NCBI GenBank assembly: GCA_033763455.1
Contig: JANRKO010000011.1
Location: 77,081 to 141,080, forward strand
Origin: Polyangiaceae bacterium
GTDB taxonomy: Bacteria > Myxococcota_A > Polyangia > Polyangiales > Polyangiaceae
DNA: 64,000 bases
Reading direction: 5' to 3'
A program made the translations under genes and the position numbers. This document shows, piece after piece, positions 1-8,518 of the stretch; the first letter of the stretch is position 1, and every line of letters starts with the position of its first letter. The notes beneath the pieces are model-generated. The model was not told the origin of the DNA and did not search any database. It saw only the letters and a list, made by a program, of their open reading frames with translations.

Positions 1-482
1 CTAAAAAGACGCTCGCCCGGCAGGCCCATGAGCGTGGTGCTCTGCTGCGCGCCACTACCCTCGACCGAAGCCAGTTCACGGTCGTTGGAGAGGATAATCG
101 GAAGCCGAAATACGAGCGCGAGGTCTTTGTAGAGCCCAACGTTAGCGCGCGTGTTGAGTCGACTCGTCGACTCGGAATACTTGGCCACGTTGAGCGCCCG
201 CGACGTAAAGCCGCCCGAAGAGAGGCCATCTTGCGTGATGGAGGTTTCGCGGCGGATCTGCGCGGTTTTCCAAGTCTGAGCGAAGCCTGCGGTAAGCTCG
301 AGATCAAACGGATCATCACCGTCAACCGCGTCCGCCACTTGCGTAATCTCAGCGGGCTCCGAGAAGAGCGTGGGCTCAGCCACCCCATGCGGCTCATCGG
401 CTCGAGCATACCCCACCCACGCGAACACACCTAGAAGTGCCGCGAGTCCCCCGAGTGACGTTCCTCTACGCAGCGTTGCCAT
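1..482 (-). CDS. Secreted/outer-membrane hypothetical protein, N-terminal part (runs off left edge)
   Basis: Manual translation from ATG at 482: MATLRRGTSLGGLAALLGVFAWVGYARA-DEPHGVAEP...DAVDGDDPFDLELTAGF...; signal peptide ending ARA; frame open to window edge; not in ORF track. Confidence 0.75.
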   Translation of the reverse strand, partial: MATLRRGTSLGGLAALLGVFAWVGYARADEPHGVAEPTLFSEPAEITQVADAVDGDDPFDLELTAGFAQTWKTAQIRRETSITQDGLSSGGFTSRALNVAKYSESTSRLNTRANVGLYKDLALVFRLPIILSNDRELASVEGSGAQQSTTLMGLPGERLF

Positions 483-551
483 CTACGGTAGTGCAAGCTA
501 GCGGTGCTAGGCAGAAACTGTCAATCCCACGGCCGAACAGCGAGGCCAACG

Positions 552-1916
552 TCAGTTCTCGGGCGAAACGCCTGGGCCAGAAAGCAGTGGATTCACGAGG
601 GTGATACGCCCCGTTTCTTCGTCCTCGTCGTCGAAGATTTCCGCCGTGATGTCTTCGGCCGCGAGCTCTGCCTTGGCCTGCCCTAGCTCTCGACTGGTAT
701 CGGCAAGACGGTCCGCGAGCACTCCCAAGAACTGCCACAAGAGCTTTACCGCAAGCTGGTGCTCTTTGCGCAAGATCTCAAAGAAATCAGTGCGTCGAAT
801 CACCATCAGCTCGCTTGGCCCGTCGGAGAGGACCGTGGCCGACCGGGGCTGACTGCGAACAAGGGCCATCTCTCCAAAGTGGTCACCAGCGGTCAACACC
901 GCGATCTGAGCGTCCCCACGCACCACGCTAGCCTGCCCCGTAAGCACGATGAAGAGCTCCTCGCCCGAATCACCCTCGCGAATGATGTGCTGCCCGCTAT
1001 CGTAAGCCACAACATCGGTGACTTGCAGTACGCGCAAGAGCTCGCGATCGTTGAGCGGCCTAAAAAGAGGCATGCGCGCCAGGATATCGCGCTTCAACTG
1101 AAGCTGCTTGGCGCGCGTTTCATCCTTCGCCGCCGGATCCCCCACGGTGATAATACAAGCGGTGATGTTATCTTTGCCACCGCGCTCGTTAGCGGCGGCG
1201 ATCATCTGCTTAACGGCCTGCTCTTCACTCGGCTGCATCAGCAGCTGGCCGAGCCCTTCGACGTTTTCCTCGAAGTACCCGCTCAAGCCATCCGAACACA
1301 AAAGAAAGCGATCTCCCGGCAGAAGATCGACCACTATGGTTTCGGGCTCGACGTGTTCGTAGACACCGACGGCACGCGTAATGGCATTCTTCTGCGCAAG
1401 CTTTTCCACCTGCTCGCGTGGCATCTTCTTGCGTTTGATGAGCTCGTTGTAAACGTTGTGATCTTCGGTGAGCTGCTGCAACTGTCCTTCGCGCAGCTGA
1501 TACAACCGGCTGTCCCCGACATAGATGATGAAGGCTTGGCTGCCGACGATCAAAATGGCAACGAGCGTGGTGCCCATGCCGCGCTTCTTCGCGTCCCGCT
1601 GGGCCTCTGAATGCACCTTGCCTGAAGCTCGGTTAACCGCGAACTCCAGCATGTTCAAAAGGTCACGCTTGCTCACCCGCGCGCCACCTTTCTTCTCTGC
1701 TAGAAAATCTTCGATGAGCTCCACTTCGCGTTTCACTTCTTCGTGAAACGTACGAACCGCGATAGCACTCGCCACCTCACCCGCGGCATGCCCACCCATG
1801 CCATCGCACACGATGAAGAGCCCCAGCTTCTTGTCGACTAGGTAATTGTCCTCGTTGTGCTCGCGGACCTTGCCGACGTCGGTCAGGGCGGCGAACTTTA
1901 GTTCGAGTGCCTTCAT
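552..1916 (-). CDS. PP2C (Stp1/IreP-type) Ser/Thr phosphatase with C-terminal cyclic-nucleotide-binding domain
   Basis: TDVGKVREHNED, CDGMGGHAAGEVAS, VGDSRLY, LCSDGL, GGKDNIT; C-terminal GDHFGEMALV..PRSATV. Confidence 0.92.
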   Translation of the reverse strand: MKALELKFAALTDVGKVREHNEDNYLVDKKLGLFIVCDGMGGHAAGEVASAIAVRTFHEEVKREVELIEDFLAEKKGGARVSKRDLLNMLEFAVNRASGKVHSEAQRDAKKRGMGTTLVAILIVGSQAFIIYVGDSRLYQLREGQLQQLTEDHNVYNELIKRKKMPREQVEKLAQKNAITRAVGVYEHVEPETIVVDLLPGDRFLLCSDGLSGYFEENVEGLGQLLMQPSEEQAVKQMIAAANERGGKDNITACIITVGDPAAKDETRAKQLQLKRDILARMPLFRPLNDRELLRVLQVTDVVAYDSGQHIIREGDSGEELFIVLTGQASVVRGDAQIAVLTAGDHFGEMALVRSQPRSATVLSDGPSELMVIRRTDFFEILRKEHQLAVKLLWQFLGVLADRLADTSRELGQAKAELAAEDITAEIFDDEDEETGRITLVNPLLSGPGVSPEN

Positions 1917-1951
1917 GAAGTAGCAAGAATAACCAACCCAGCAAAAAGAAG

Positions 1952-2677
1952 CTACATACCGAAAGCCTCGTGGTCGAATAGCGAATATGCGCCGTTTTCA
2001 GCCACAATCACGTGATCGAGCAGAGGGACCCCGACCACCTCACACGCACGCCGAATGGCCAGGGTCATCACCACATCCTCCTGGCTCGGCTCGGGATCCC
2101 CGCTGGGATGGTTATGAACCAGCAGAATTGAGGTCCCCGCAGCTCTTAGCGCCGGCCTTAGCACGTCCTTCACCGTGAGGGCGCAGCCATGGACCCCACC
2201 GGATGCCACCCGCTGCAGAGCCTTCAGATGATTCTTGGCATCGAGCACCAACAACCACACTTCCTCATGCTCCAGGCCCGCGAGCCGCGGCCTGGCCCAT
2301 TTTACCACCTGCTCAAACTGCGTGAACCTGAAGAGCTCTGGCACTGGCTCGCGAAAGGTTGACCGTCTTCCGAGCTCTAGCGCGGCAGCGATGCAGGCGG
2401 CCCGCGTCTCACCAAGGCCGGACATGGCAAGCAACGAGTGAAGCCCTTGGGAGGCAATACCCTGCACGCCGCCGTAGGTTTCAAGAAGCGCCACCGAACG
2501 CGCTAGGAGCTTCGGCTCCCGCGACCTGCGACCAAGCAACAATGCGAGCAGCTCGTGATCCCCAAGGGACTCCACCCCGTAGAGGAGCGTCCGTTCATAG
2601 AGGGATGGATTTTCACGCGCGGGCGGAGATGACTTTGGAGCCGAAGGGGACTGCGAAGAAGCGAGAGAGAGCATCAT
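1952..2677 (-). CDS. radC: RadC/JAB-domain protein
   Basis: N-terminal G.ESL.D.ELLALLL and HhH region; JAB motif HNHPSGDPEPSQED...LLDHVIV. Confidence 0.92.
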   Translation of the reverse strand: MMLSLASSQSPSAPKSSPPARENPSLYERTLLYGVESLGDHELLALLLGRRSREPKLLARSVALLETYGGVQGIASQGLHSLLAMSGLGETRAACIAAALELGRRSTFREPVPELFRFTQFEQVVKWARPRLAGLEHEEVWLLVLDAKNHLKALQRVASGGVHGCALTVKDVLRPALRAAGTSILLVHNHPSGDPEPSQEDVVMTLAIRRACEVVGVPLLDHVIVAENGAYSLFDHEAFGM

Positions 2678-2685
2678 CGCGCTTC

Positions 2686-2701
2686 AGCACGAAGTGTGCC
2701 G
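2686..2701 (-). promoter_or_regulatory. sigma54 -24/-12 promoter for radC
   Basis: Minus strand CGGCACACTTCGTGCT with canonical GG-N10-GC spacing, just upstream of the radC start. Confidence 0.65.
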
Positions 2702-2726
2702 GCACTGAAGCGCCGGAACTTAGGGC

Positions 2727-2779
2727 GAAACCCAGAGCGGCTACGTTGGCGAAAACGGCCAGGTGTCGGTGATGGACGG
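2727..2779. repeat. 53-bp upstream element, copy 1 (41/53 identical to 3818-3870)
   Basis: Manual ungapped alignment of GAAACCCAGAGCGGCTACGTTGGCGAAAACGGCCAGGTGTCGGTGATGGACGG to copy 2. Confidence 0.8.
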
Positions 2780-2816
2780 ATGGCTCAGGTTGCGAGTGAA
2801 GGGAACTCTTCAAAGT

Positions 2817-3707
2817 TCAACTCAAAACCTGTTCCAAGGTGGCGGCCGTAAGCACTCGCTCAGCAAAGCGCTCCAGATCGTCTGGCGAAGCTGTTCTTAC
2901 GCGATCGGCCAGAGCCTGCTCAATGTGACCGAAACGCAACGTGAGCTGCTTCAAGACGACTTCAGCTTTGCCCTCGGCTTTGCCCCGAGCCTCGCCCTCG
3001 GCCTCGCCCTCGGCACGACCGATGGAGATGTAACGGCGAGCGAACTCACTCTGAAATTCGTATTTGGCTGGGTCCATGGCTTGGAGGGCCTTTCTGGCGG
3101 CGGTCCCTAGATTGGCTAGGATGAGATCAGTGTAAAGGACGGATAGTTCCTCGTCGAGGCCGATGCTGGCAGCCATAGCAGCGAGGGCGATGCGGACGGA
3201 TTTATCGGTGTTGGTGCTCTTGCCGTGAGCCATGGCGGACAGGACGGCCAGCTCGGGATCCGCCTTGGCAACGTTTTCGTCTTCGACTTCGGGGACGCCC
3301 GATGGGCCCAAGACAAGCGGCGTGAATGTGTTGCCGCCGCCAAGGTGAATGGGCTTTGCGGCCCACTTGGCTACCGACTCGGTGGACGTGACTACGAGGA
3401 GGACGACAGGGCACCGAATCCGCGTTCGGAGATGAACCGAATAGCCTGGCCAGACGAACAACTTATCGTCGTCTGGTTGAAGCTGTGCTTCTACTACTAT
3501 GCCAAGCACGGGCTTATTGTCGTAGAGGAGGACGACGAGATCGGCGTGATACTGAACGGGCTGAAGCTCCGTGAATTCGCCGGACTCAACTCGTATTTCT
3601 GTGTACTCGGGAAGCGTTACGTGAAGAGCGTCGCGAAGCAGCTCGGGGGCGAGCGCGGGCCGATTGCGGAATAACAGGAGCAGAGCTTCGTGAAGGACAG
3701 AGGGAAT
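2817..3707 (-). CDS. Rpn/YhgA-like PD-(D/E)XK nuclease with C-terminal DUF4351-like tail; start uncertain (ATT at 3707)
   Basis: ADLVVLL..IVVEAQL nuclease motif; GRAEGEAEGEARGKAEG repeats; LKQLTLRFG...LERFAERVLTAATLEQVL tail. Confidence 0.75.
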   Translation of the reverse strand: MPSVLHEALLLLFRNRPALAPELLRDALHVTLPEYTEIRVESGEFTELQPVQYHADLVVLLYDNKPVLGIVVEAQLQPDDDKLFVWPGYSVHLRTRIRCPVVLLVVTSTESVAKWAAKPIHLGGGNTFTPLVLGPSGVPEVEDENVAKADPELAVLSAMAHGKSTNTDKSVRIALAAMAASIGLDEELSVLYTDLILANLGTAARKALQAMDPAKYEFQSEFARRYISIGRAEGEAEGEARGKAEGKAEVVLKQLTLRFGHIEQALADRVRTASPDDLERFAERVLTAATLEQVLS

Positions 3708-3767
3708 TTGAGCGCATTGCCGCGCCTCACTGCGCCGAACGGCGAGTGCGGGAGCCTCCAGTGCTTC

Positions 3768-3783
3768 AGCAGGAAGCGTGCCC
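3768..3783 (-). promoter_or_regulatory. sigma54 -24/-12 promoter for the Rpn-like gene
   Basis: Minus strand GGGCACGCTTCCTGCT, GG-N10-GC spacing; flanked by GAAGC as in the radC copy. Confidence 0.65.
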
Positions 3784-3817
3784 GCTCCGAGGGGGCACAA
3801 ACTGAGCGCCCTTCTGG

Positions 3818-3870
3818 GAAACCGGGGACAGCCACGTTGGCGAAACTAGCCAAGTGTCGGCGCTGGACGG
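3818..3870. repeat. 53-bp upstream element, copy 2
   Basis: GAAACCGGGGACAGCCACGTTGGCGAAACTAGCCAAGTGTCGGCGCTGGACGG. Confidence 0.8.
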
Positions 3871-3924
3871 TCAGGCCAAAGCCAAGGTTGCGATCCCCCT
3901 TGCTTTCGTCGGGAGCTTGCGTCA

Positions 3925-3948
3925 ATGTACAACCAAATGGTTGTACAT
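3925..3948. promoter_or_regulatory. ArsR-family operator palindrome
   Basis: Perfect ATGTACAACCA-AA-TGGTTGTACAT overlapping the regulator's start. Confidence 0.8.
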
Positions 3949-4296
3949 GTAAGCGCTTCTTCGGCGAGCATTGACCGGATTTTCCGGGCAATGGCCGACC
4001 CCACTCGCCGGGACATTGTCGAGCGGGTGCTGAAGGGCGAGCAATCCGTGAGTGCCCTCGCGGATCGCTACCAGATGTCGTTCGCCGCCGTGCAGAAGCA
4101 TGTCGCCGTGCTCGAACGTGCGGGCCTTGCCAAAAAACATGCACGTGGCCGCGAGCGGCTCGTGAGCGCCAACATAGGCTCTATTCGCAAAGTTCGTAAT
4201 CTGCTCGACCGCTACGAGGCGCTTTGGAGGGACCGCATCGATCGCCTCGACGCCCTACTTGCTGAGCCAGAGCACCCCTCCACCACGAAGGAATAA
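3925..4296 (+). CDS. ArsR/SmtB-family transcriptional regulator (true start may be ATG 3937)
   Basis: IFRAMADPTRRDIV..SVSALA...SFAAVQKHVAVLERAGL...GRER. Confidence 0.9.
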   Translation: MYNQMVVHVSASSASIDRIFRAMADPTRRDIVERVLKGEQSVSALADRYQMSFAAVQKHVAVLERAGLAKKHARGRERLVSANIGSIRKVRNLLDRYEALWRDRIDRLDALLAEPEHPSTTKE

Positions 4297-4300
4297 CCCC

Positions 4301-5290
4301 ATGCCCATCACCAACGTAGTTAAAGATCCAAGTGCCCTCACCATGACCGTGACCGCTGAGTTTCCTGTGCCGGTGCGCCGCGTGTGGGATGCCTACGCTG
4401 ATCCGCGCAAGCTGGAGCGTTTTTGGGGTCCGCCAACCTGGCCAGCTACCTTCACCCGCCACGACATGGCCGTGGGAGGGCGCTCCGAATACACCATGCG
4501 GGGCCCCGACGGCACAGCCTCCTCAGGCTATTGGGAATTTATCGGAGTGAATGCACCGCACAGCTTCGAGGTCAAAGACGGTTTTCTCAGGGCCGATGGC
4601 ACACCGAATAACGAGCTCCCTAGCATGCGCATGGTCTTTCGCTTCGAAGAAACGGCAAAAGGCTCACGCGTTGTAACTACCACTTTCTTTCCGTCAGCCG
4701 AGGCGCTGCAACAGCTTCTTGACATGGGCATGGAGGAAGGCATGCGCCAGGCGATGGGTCAGATGGACTCCGTGCTCACCGATCTCGCATTGTTTGCGGC
4801 CGGAAGCGGAACCGAGGTGCAACAGCTCCCGGGCACTCAGGTACGCATCAGCCGCGTGATCCGCGGGAGCGTGGAGCAGGTGTGGCGTGCGCACCACGAT
4901 CCGGATTTGCTCAAACGCTGGATGCTTGGCCCGGAAGGTTGGTTAATGCCGGTGTGCCAACCAGCGGCAAAGGTGGGCGACAGTTATCGCTACGAATGGG
5001 CGCCCGTTGCGGGAGGCCCAGCTGAAGGCCAGCCGGGTTTTGCATTCGAGGGTCAGCTCCTCGCATCAGAGCCCCCCTATCGCGCCGTAACCACCGAACG
5101 CATGGTGGGCATGCCTGGCCCAGGTGCTACCAATGAGCTAACGCTCACCGCGCTGCAAGAAGGCACGCTCATGTCATTGCTCATCACCTACCCAAGCGCC
5201 GAGCTGCGCGACATGGTGCTGGGCACCGGCATGGCCTCTGGCATGGAAGCAAGCTACGCGCGGCTGGAATCGATCCTGGGAGTGGGGTGA
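4301..5290 (+). CDS. Tandem SRPBCC (Aha1/START-like) domain protein
   Basis: Two SRPBCC repeats (RVWDAYADPRKLERFWGP; QVWRAHHDPDLLKRWMLGP); RBS AAGGA; follows ArsR gene. Confidence 0.88.
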   Translation: MPITNVVKDPSALTMTVTAEFPVPVRRVWDAYADPRKLERFWGPPTWPATFTRHDMAVGGRSEYTMRGPDGTASSGYWEFIGVNAPHSFEVKDGFLRADGTPNNELPSMRMVFRFEETAKGSRVVTTTFFPSAEALQQLLDMGMEEGMRQAMGQMDSVLTDLALFAAGSGTEVQQLPGTQVRISRVIRGSVEQVWRAHHDPDLLKRWMLGPEGWLMPVCQPAAKVGDSYRYEWAPVAGGPAEGQPGFAFEGQLLASEPPYRAVTTERMVGMPGPGATNELTLTALQEGTLMSLLITYPSAELRDMVLGTGMASGMEASYARLESILGVG

Positions 5291-5330
5291 AGGGCAGCCA
5301 ACGCTAGCTCAAGTATGCTAGGCTGGGCGG

Positions 5331-5516
5331 ATGCATTCAGGCGATGTCCATGGGCGAAAGCGGAGCAAAGTGGCTGCCGAGGGGCGCCGCGTGGAGCTTG
5401 AAGCGGTGCTAAAGATGACTCCGCTGGAGCGCGCCCAGCTAGCTTTGCGTCTCGGGCGTCGTGATCGCGCGGTCAGGGAGCTTGCCCTCGCGCGCGATCT
5501 CGGCGCGAGAAAATAG
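5331..5516 (+). CDS. Small helical protein, putative antitoxin/partner of the downstream nucleotidyltransferase
   Basis: MTPLERAQLAL motif; stop 2 nt before next ATG. Confidence 0.55.
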   Translation: MHSGDVHGRKRSKVAAEGRRVELEAVLKMTPLERAQLALRLGRRDRAVRELALARDLGARK

Positions 5517-5518
5517 GT

Positions 5519-6082
5519 ATGGACCGTACATTCGAATTGGCTGAGCGCGTTCGCTCTATCTTGGAACAGAAGGGGCACAGCTGCGCCGTGATCGGTGCCG
5601 TGGCGCTCGCAGCCTGGGGTTACCCGCGCAGCACGTTGGACATCGACCTAGCGGTGAACTTGGATCCGCGTGAACTCAGCGAAATCGGTAGAGCCATTGA
5701 GTTAACAGGCGACGGACTTAGAACTCGGCTCTTGCTTCCCGATGCGGAGGATCCGCTGGGTGGGACGCTAACAATTACCGGAGATGAGAGCGACCCGGTG
5801 CAGCTCGTGAATTTCTACAATCCTCACCGCGGCCGAAATGTACTCGGGCGTTCGCTACTTCTTGCCGCCAAGCCCAAGATCATCGGGGAGCTCGCCGTCG
5901 TTGATCTGCCGCACCTAGTAGCCACCAAGCTCTACGCAGGTGACTTGGCCGACCGCGTGGATGTGCTTGAAGTGTTGCGGCGCAATCCAGAATGCAATCT
6001 TGAGGAAGTGGCCAACACCTGCACGCGCTTAGGGCTCGGTGAAGCTTGGAGCGCGATCGCCTCAGACCTGGGAGAACGCTGA
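5519..6082 (+). CDS. Nucleotidyltransferase family protein (AbiEii/DUF6036-like)
   Basis: AVIGAVALAAWGYPRSTLDIDL and LVATKLYAG..ADRVDV. Confidence 0.8.
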   Translation: MDRTFELAERVRSILEQKGHSCAVIGAVALAAWGYPRSTLDIDLAVNLDPRELSEIGRAIELTGDGLRTRLLLPDAEDPLGGTLTITGDESDPVQLVNFYNPHRGRNVLGRSLLLAAKPKIIGELAVVDLPHLVATKLYAGDLADRVDVLEVLRRNPECNLEEVANTCTRLGLGEAWSAIASDLGER

Positions 6083-6084
6083 TT

Positions 6085-6810
6085 CTATTCAGACGCGCCT
6101 GAGGCCGCTACGTCGAATTCGTGAAGCAGACCCACGAGGATGATGGCAGTTTGATTGCGCATGGAGATCGTGTCGGACATTACGCTGTCTCCGTTTGCAC
6201 GGGCGGAGCCTGCGCGCGGATAATGCAGCTCACCGCCTGTGAGATAGCGGAAGCCGAACGTCAGGAACGTGAGATGCTCTGGCCCATGTGAGCGGATCTG
6301 AATCTGCGCTCCGAGGCCGAACCCGTAGCTGCGCAAATAGGACAACGACGTCTCGTGTGGTGGGATCGTCAATCGCCGGGCAGTGTCGTCCAGCATTTCG
6401 CGTTCAACCCCGATGTTAACTCGGCTAACCCCCAGTAAGCCTTCTACGAACGGCCGAAGGCGAGAACTGAACGGCTGAAACCGAGCATGGAGATGGCTGT
6501 TGAGGGAGTAAGAATCCAGCGTGGTCCTGAGGGCGCCACTTGGAACATCTGCGATTCGCTCAATGAGAGTGCTTCCTTCGTAAAAATAGGACACAGACCC
6601 CAGAAAGGCGAGCGGCACGCCGGTAAACCGTGCTCCGAGGCCGACACCGAACCCAAGGCCAGGCCCCAACTGCAGCTGGGCTTGCTTGCCCGGGTGCCAC
6701 GCAGCAAGCACATCGGCCTGCACGTCCGTCTTAACGTCTGCCGAGCTAACGCCACACCACAAGAAGGAACCACTTGCAGCCGCCGCTGCGAACCATCGTG
6801 AGGACCTCAT
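6085..6810 (-). CDS. Putative outer-membrane beta-barrel protein, paralog A
   Basis: Signal peptide (MRSSRW...VSSA); amphipathic strands; shares NxHLHARFQPF and SYL.SYGFG with neighbour. Confidence 0.7.
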   Translation of the reverse strand: MRSSRWFAAAAASGSFLWCGVSSADVKTDVQADVLAAWHPGKQAQLQLGPGLGFGVGLGARFTGVPLAFLGSVSYFYEGSTLIERIADVPSGALRTTLDSYSLNSHLHARFQPFSSRLRPFVEGLLGVSRVNIGVEREMLDDTARRLTIPPHETSLSYLRSYGFGLGAQIQIRSHGPEHLTFLTFGFRYLTGGELHYPRAGSARANGDSVMSDTISMRNQTAIILVGLLHEFDVAASGASE

Positions 6811-6878
6811 GGACTTACGCACCTTGCGCAGCTCAAACAGCGGGCGACAGGCGCCTTCTCGGATTAACACCATGATCT

Positions 6879-7589
6879 CTACATTTCCCCAAGGAATCCA
6901 AAGAGAATCGTGAAGGACTCATAGCGGCTGGGCACAGTGTAGAACGTGAGAGCATTGCCGTTAACTCCGGCGGTGCCTTCCAGTGGGAAGCTCACCTCAC
7001 CTCCCGAAAGTGAACGAAACCCCAAGGTCAAGAAACTACGAGCGTAGACCTCATCTGGAGGCTGATTGAAGCCAATTTGGACCTGCACTCCCCCGCCAAA
7101 TCCGTAGCTACCCAAATACGATGCGTCGCTTTCATGGGTTGGGAGGATCAATTCCCCGCCGGAATTCTCTTCGATCTTCCGCTCGACTTCGATGCTAACC
7201 CGGCTTCCCCCCAGGGTGCCTTCGATGTACGGACGAATCCAAGAGTTGAACGGCTGAAAGCGGGCATGGAGATGAGCGTTGAAAAAGACCGTGCTGAAAG
7301 AAGTCGTGAGCCTCGCAGTTGGGATGTTGGCTATTCGCTCGCTAAACTCGCTGTCTTCGTAAACAATCGAGGACGCAGATAACCCCAAAACCAACGGAAC
7401 CCCAACCAGGCGCACTCCCCCGTAAAGACCGCCACCGAAGCCCGGCCACGATCTATGCTGCGCCAGCTCGCCGGCAGGAAACTCGGCCATGGCATCCAAT
7501 TGAACGTTCCCCCTAACCTCTGCCGAGCTAACCGCTGACCACGCGAAGACGATACATGCAACCGCCAATGCGAGTGTTGAGAACCTCAT
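6879..7589 (-). CDS. Putative outer-membrane beta-barrel protein, paralog B
   Basis: Signal peptide (MRFSTL...VSSA); clear paralog of 6085-6810. Confidence 0.7.
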   Translation of the reverse strand: MRFSTLALAVACIVFAWSAVSSAEVRGNVQLDAMAEFPAGELAQHRSWPGFGGGLYGGVRLVGVPLVLGLSASSIVYEDSEFSERIANIPTARLTTSFSTVFFNAHLHARFQPFNSWIRPYIEGTLGGSRVSIEVERKIEENSGGELILPTHESDASYLGSYGFGGGVQVQIGFNQPPDEVYARSFLTLGFRSLSGGEVSFPLEGTAGVNGNALTFYTVPSRYESFTILFGFLGEM

Positions 7590-7801
7590 GGGATGATGAT
7601 GCCAGGCGCCCGGTGCCGCCTCATGCTCAAGTCGAGCTCGTACCATAAACTGCAGGCATTCCAAACCCAACCACCGCCGCTCGTGACCAACCCGGACATT
7701 GTACTCTGTTGGTCGATAAGTGCCAACGAGCACCAGTTTTCGCAGGGTTCAGGACACCGATCTCCAGCGCTCACATCCGCTCGCCGAACGCAAATCGCCT
7801 C

Positions 7802-8315
7802 CTACCTCGCCGGCAGCGCCGCCTCGTAAATTGCATCAACATCCAGATTCGCACCCACCGTTCAGCGCCACTTCGTGCGACCAAGCGTCACCGGTTCTGC
7901 GATACAACTCCATTTTCCGTTCAGTCTGCGAAACCAACAGGTATTCGCGCAAGGAAGGGATCGTGAAGTAGTGCTCGCGCTTCTCACCGCGATCGTAATC
8001 CTCTGTGCCCGGGCTCAACACTTCGACAAGGAGAGTTGGATTGGTGGCGGTATTTCGACCGTCGGGATCAAACTCCATCGGCCCGCAAACGACTGAAACA
8101 TCCGGGTAGGTGGCCAGGCCCGTCTCTAGCACCCGAACCCGCAGATCCGGGCTGTAAGCGCGGCACGGTTTGCCTTTCAGCTGGGCGTGGAGCTCTGCAG
8201 CAATTGCCAATGTATTAGCGGCATGCTCAGGCGTACCCCCTGCCATTCCGAAAATCTCGCCATTGAGGTATTCGTTCAAGAGATAGTCTTCATAGCTAGA
8301 GCGATGCCGGCGCAT
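7802..8315 (-). pseudogene. Uma2-family endonuclease, degraded (apparent internal deletions, C-terminal frameshift)
   Basis: EYLNGEIFGMAGGTPEH, YPDVSVVC, LLVEVLSPGTEDYDRGEK; family-like C-terminus ANLDVDAIYEAALPAR* lies in another frame ending at 7802. Confidence 0.7.
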
Positions 8316-8488
8316 GGGAAGCGAGACCGTCAGTGTTCTTGTTTAGCGCATGTTGGCCCGTCTGGCCGTCCTCGACAGCCTTAGGCGAGGCAACCGCCTC
8401 AGACTTTCGAGGCTCGACGTCCTCATCGCATTGTTCTGCGAAGTCGAGGGGATGATTACCACGGGTTCCAGGGGGAAATTTGTCCTCG

Positions 8489-8504
8489 CGGCACGCCTCT
8501 TGCT
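8489..8504 (+). promoter_or_regulatory. sigma54 -24/-12 promoter
   Basis: CGGCACGCCTCTTGCT near-consensus, 14 nt upstream of ATG 8519. Confidence 0.65.
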
Positions 8505-8518
8505 CTACTTCTCAGGTG

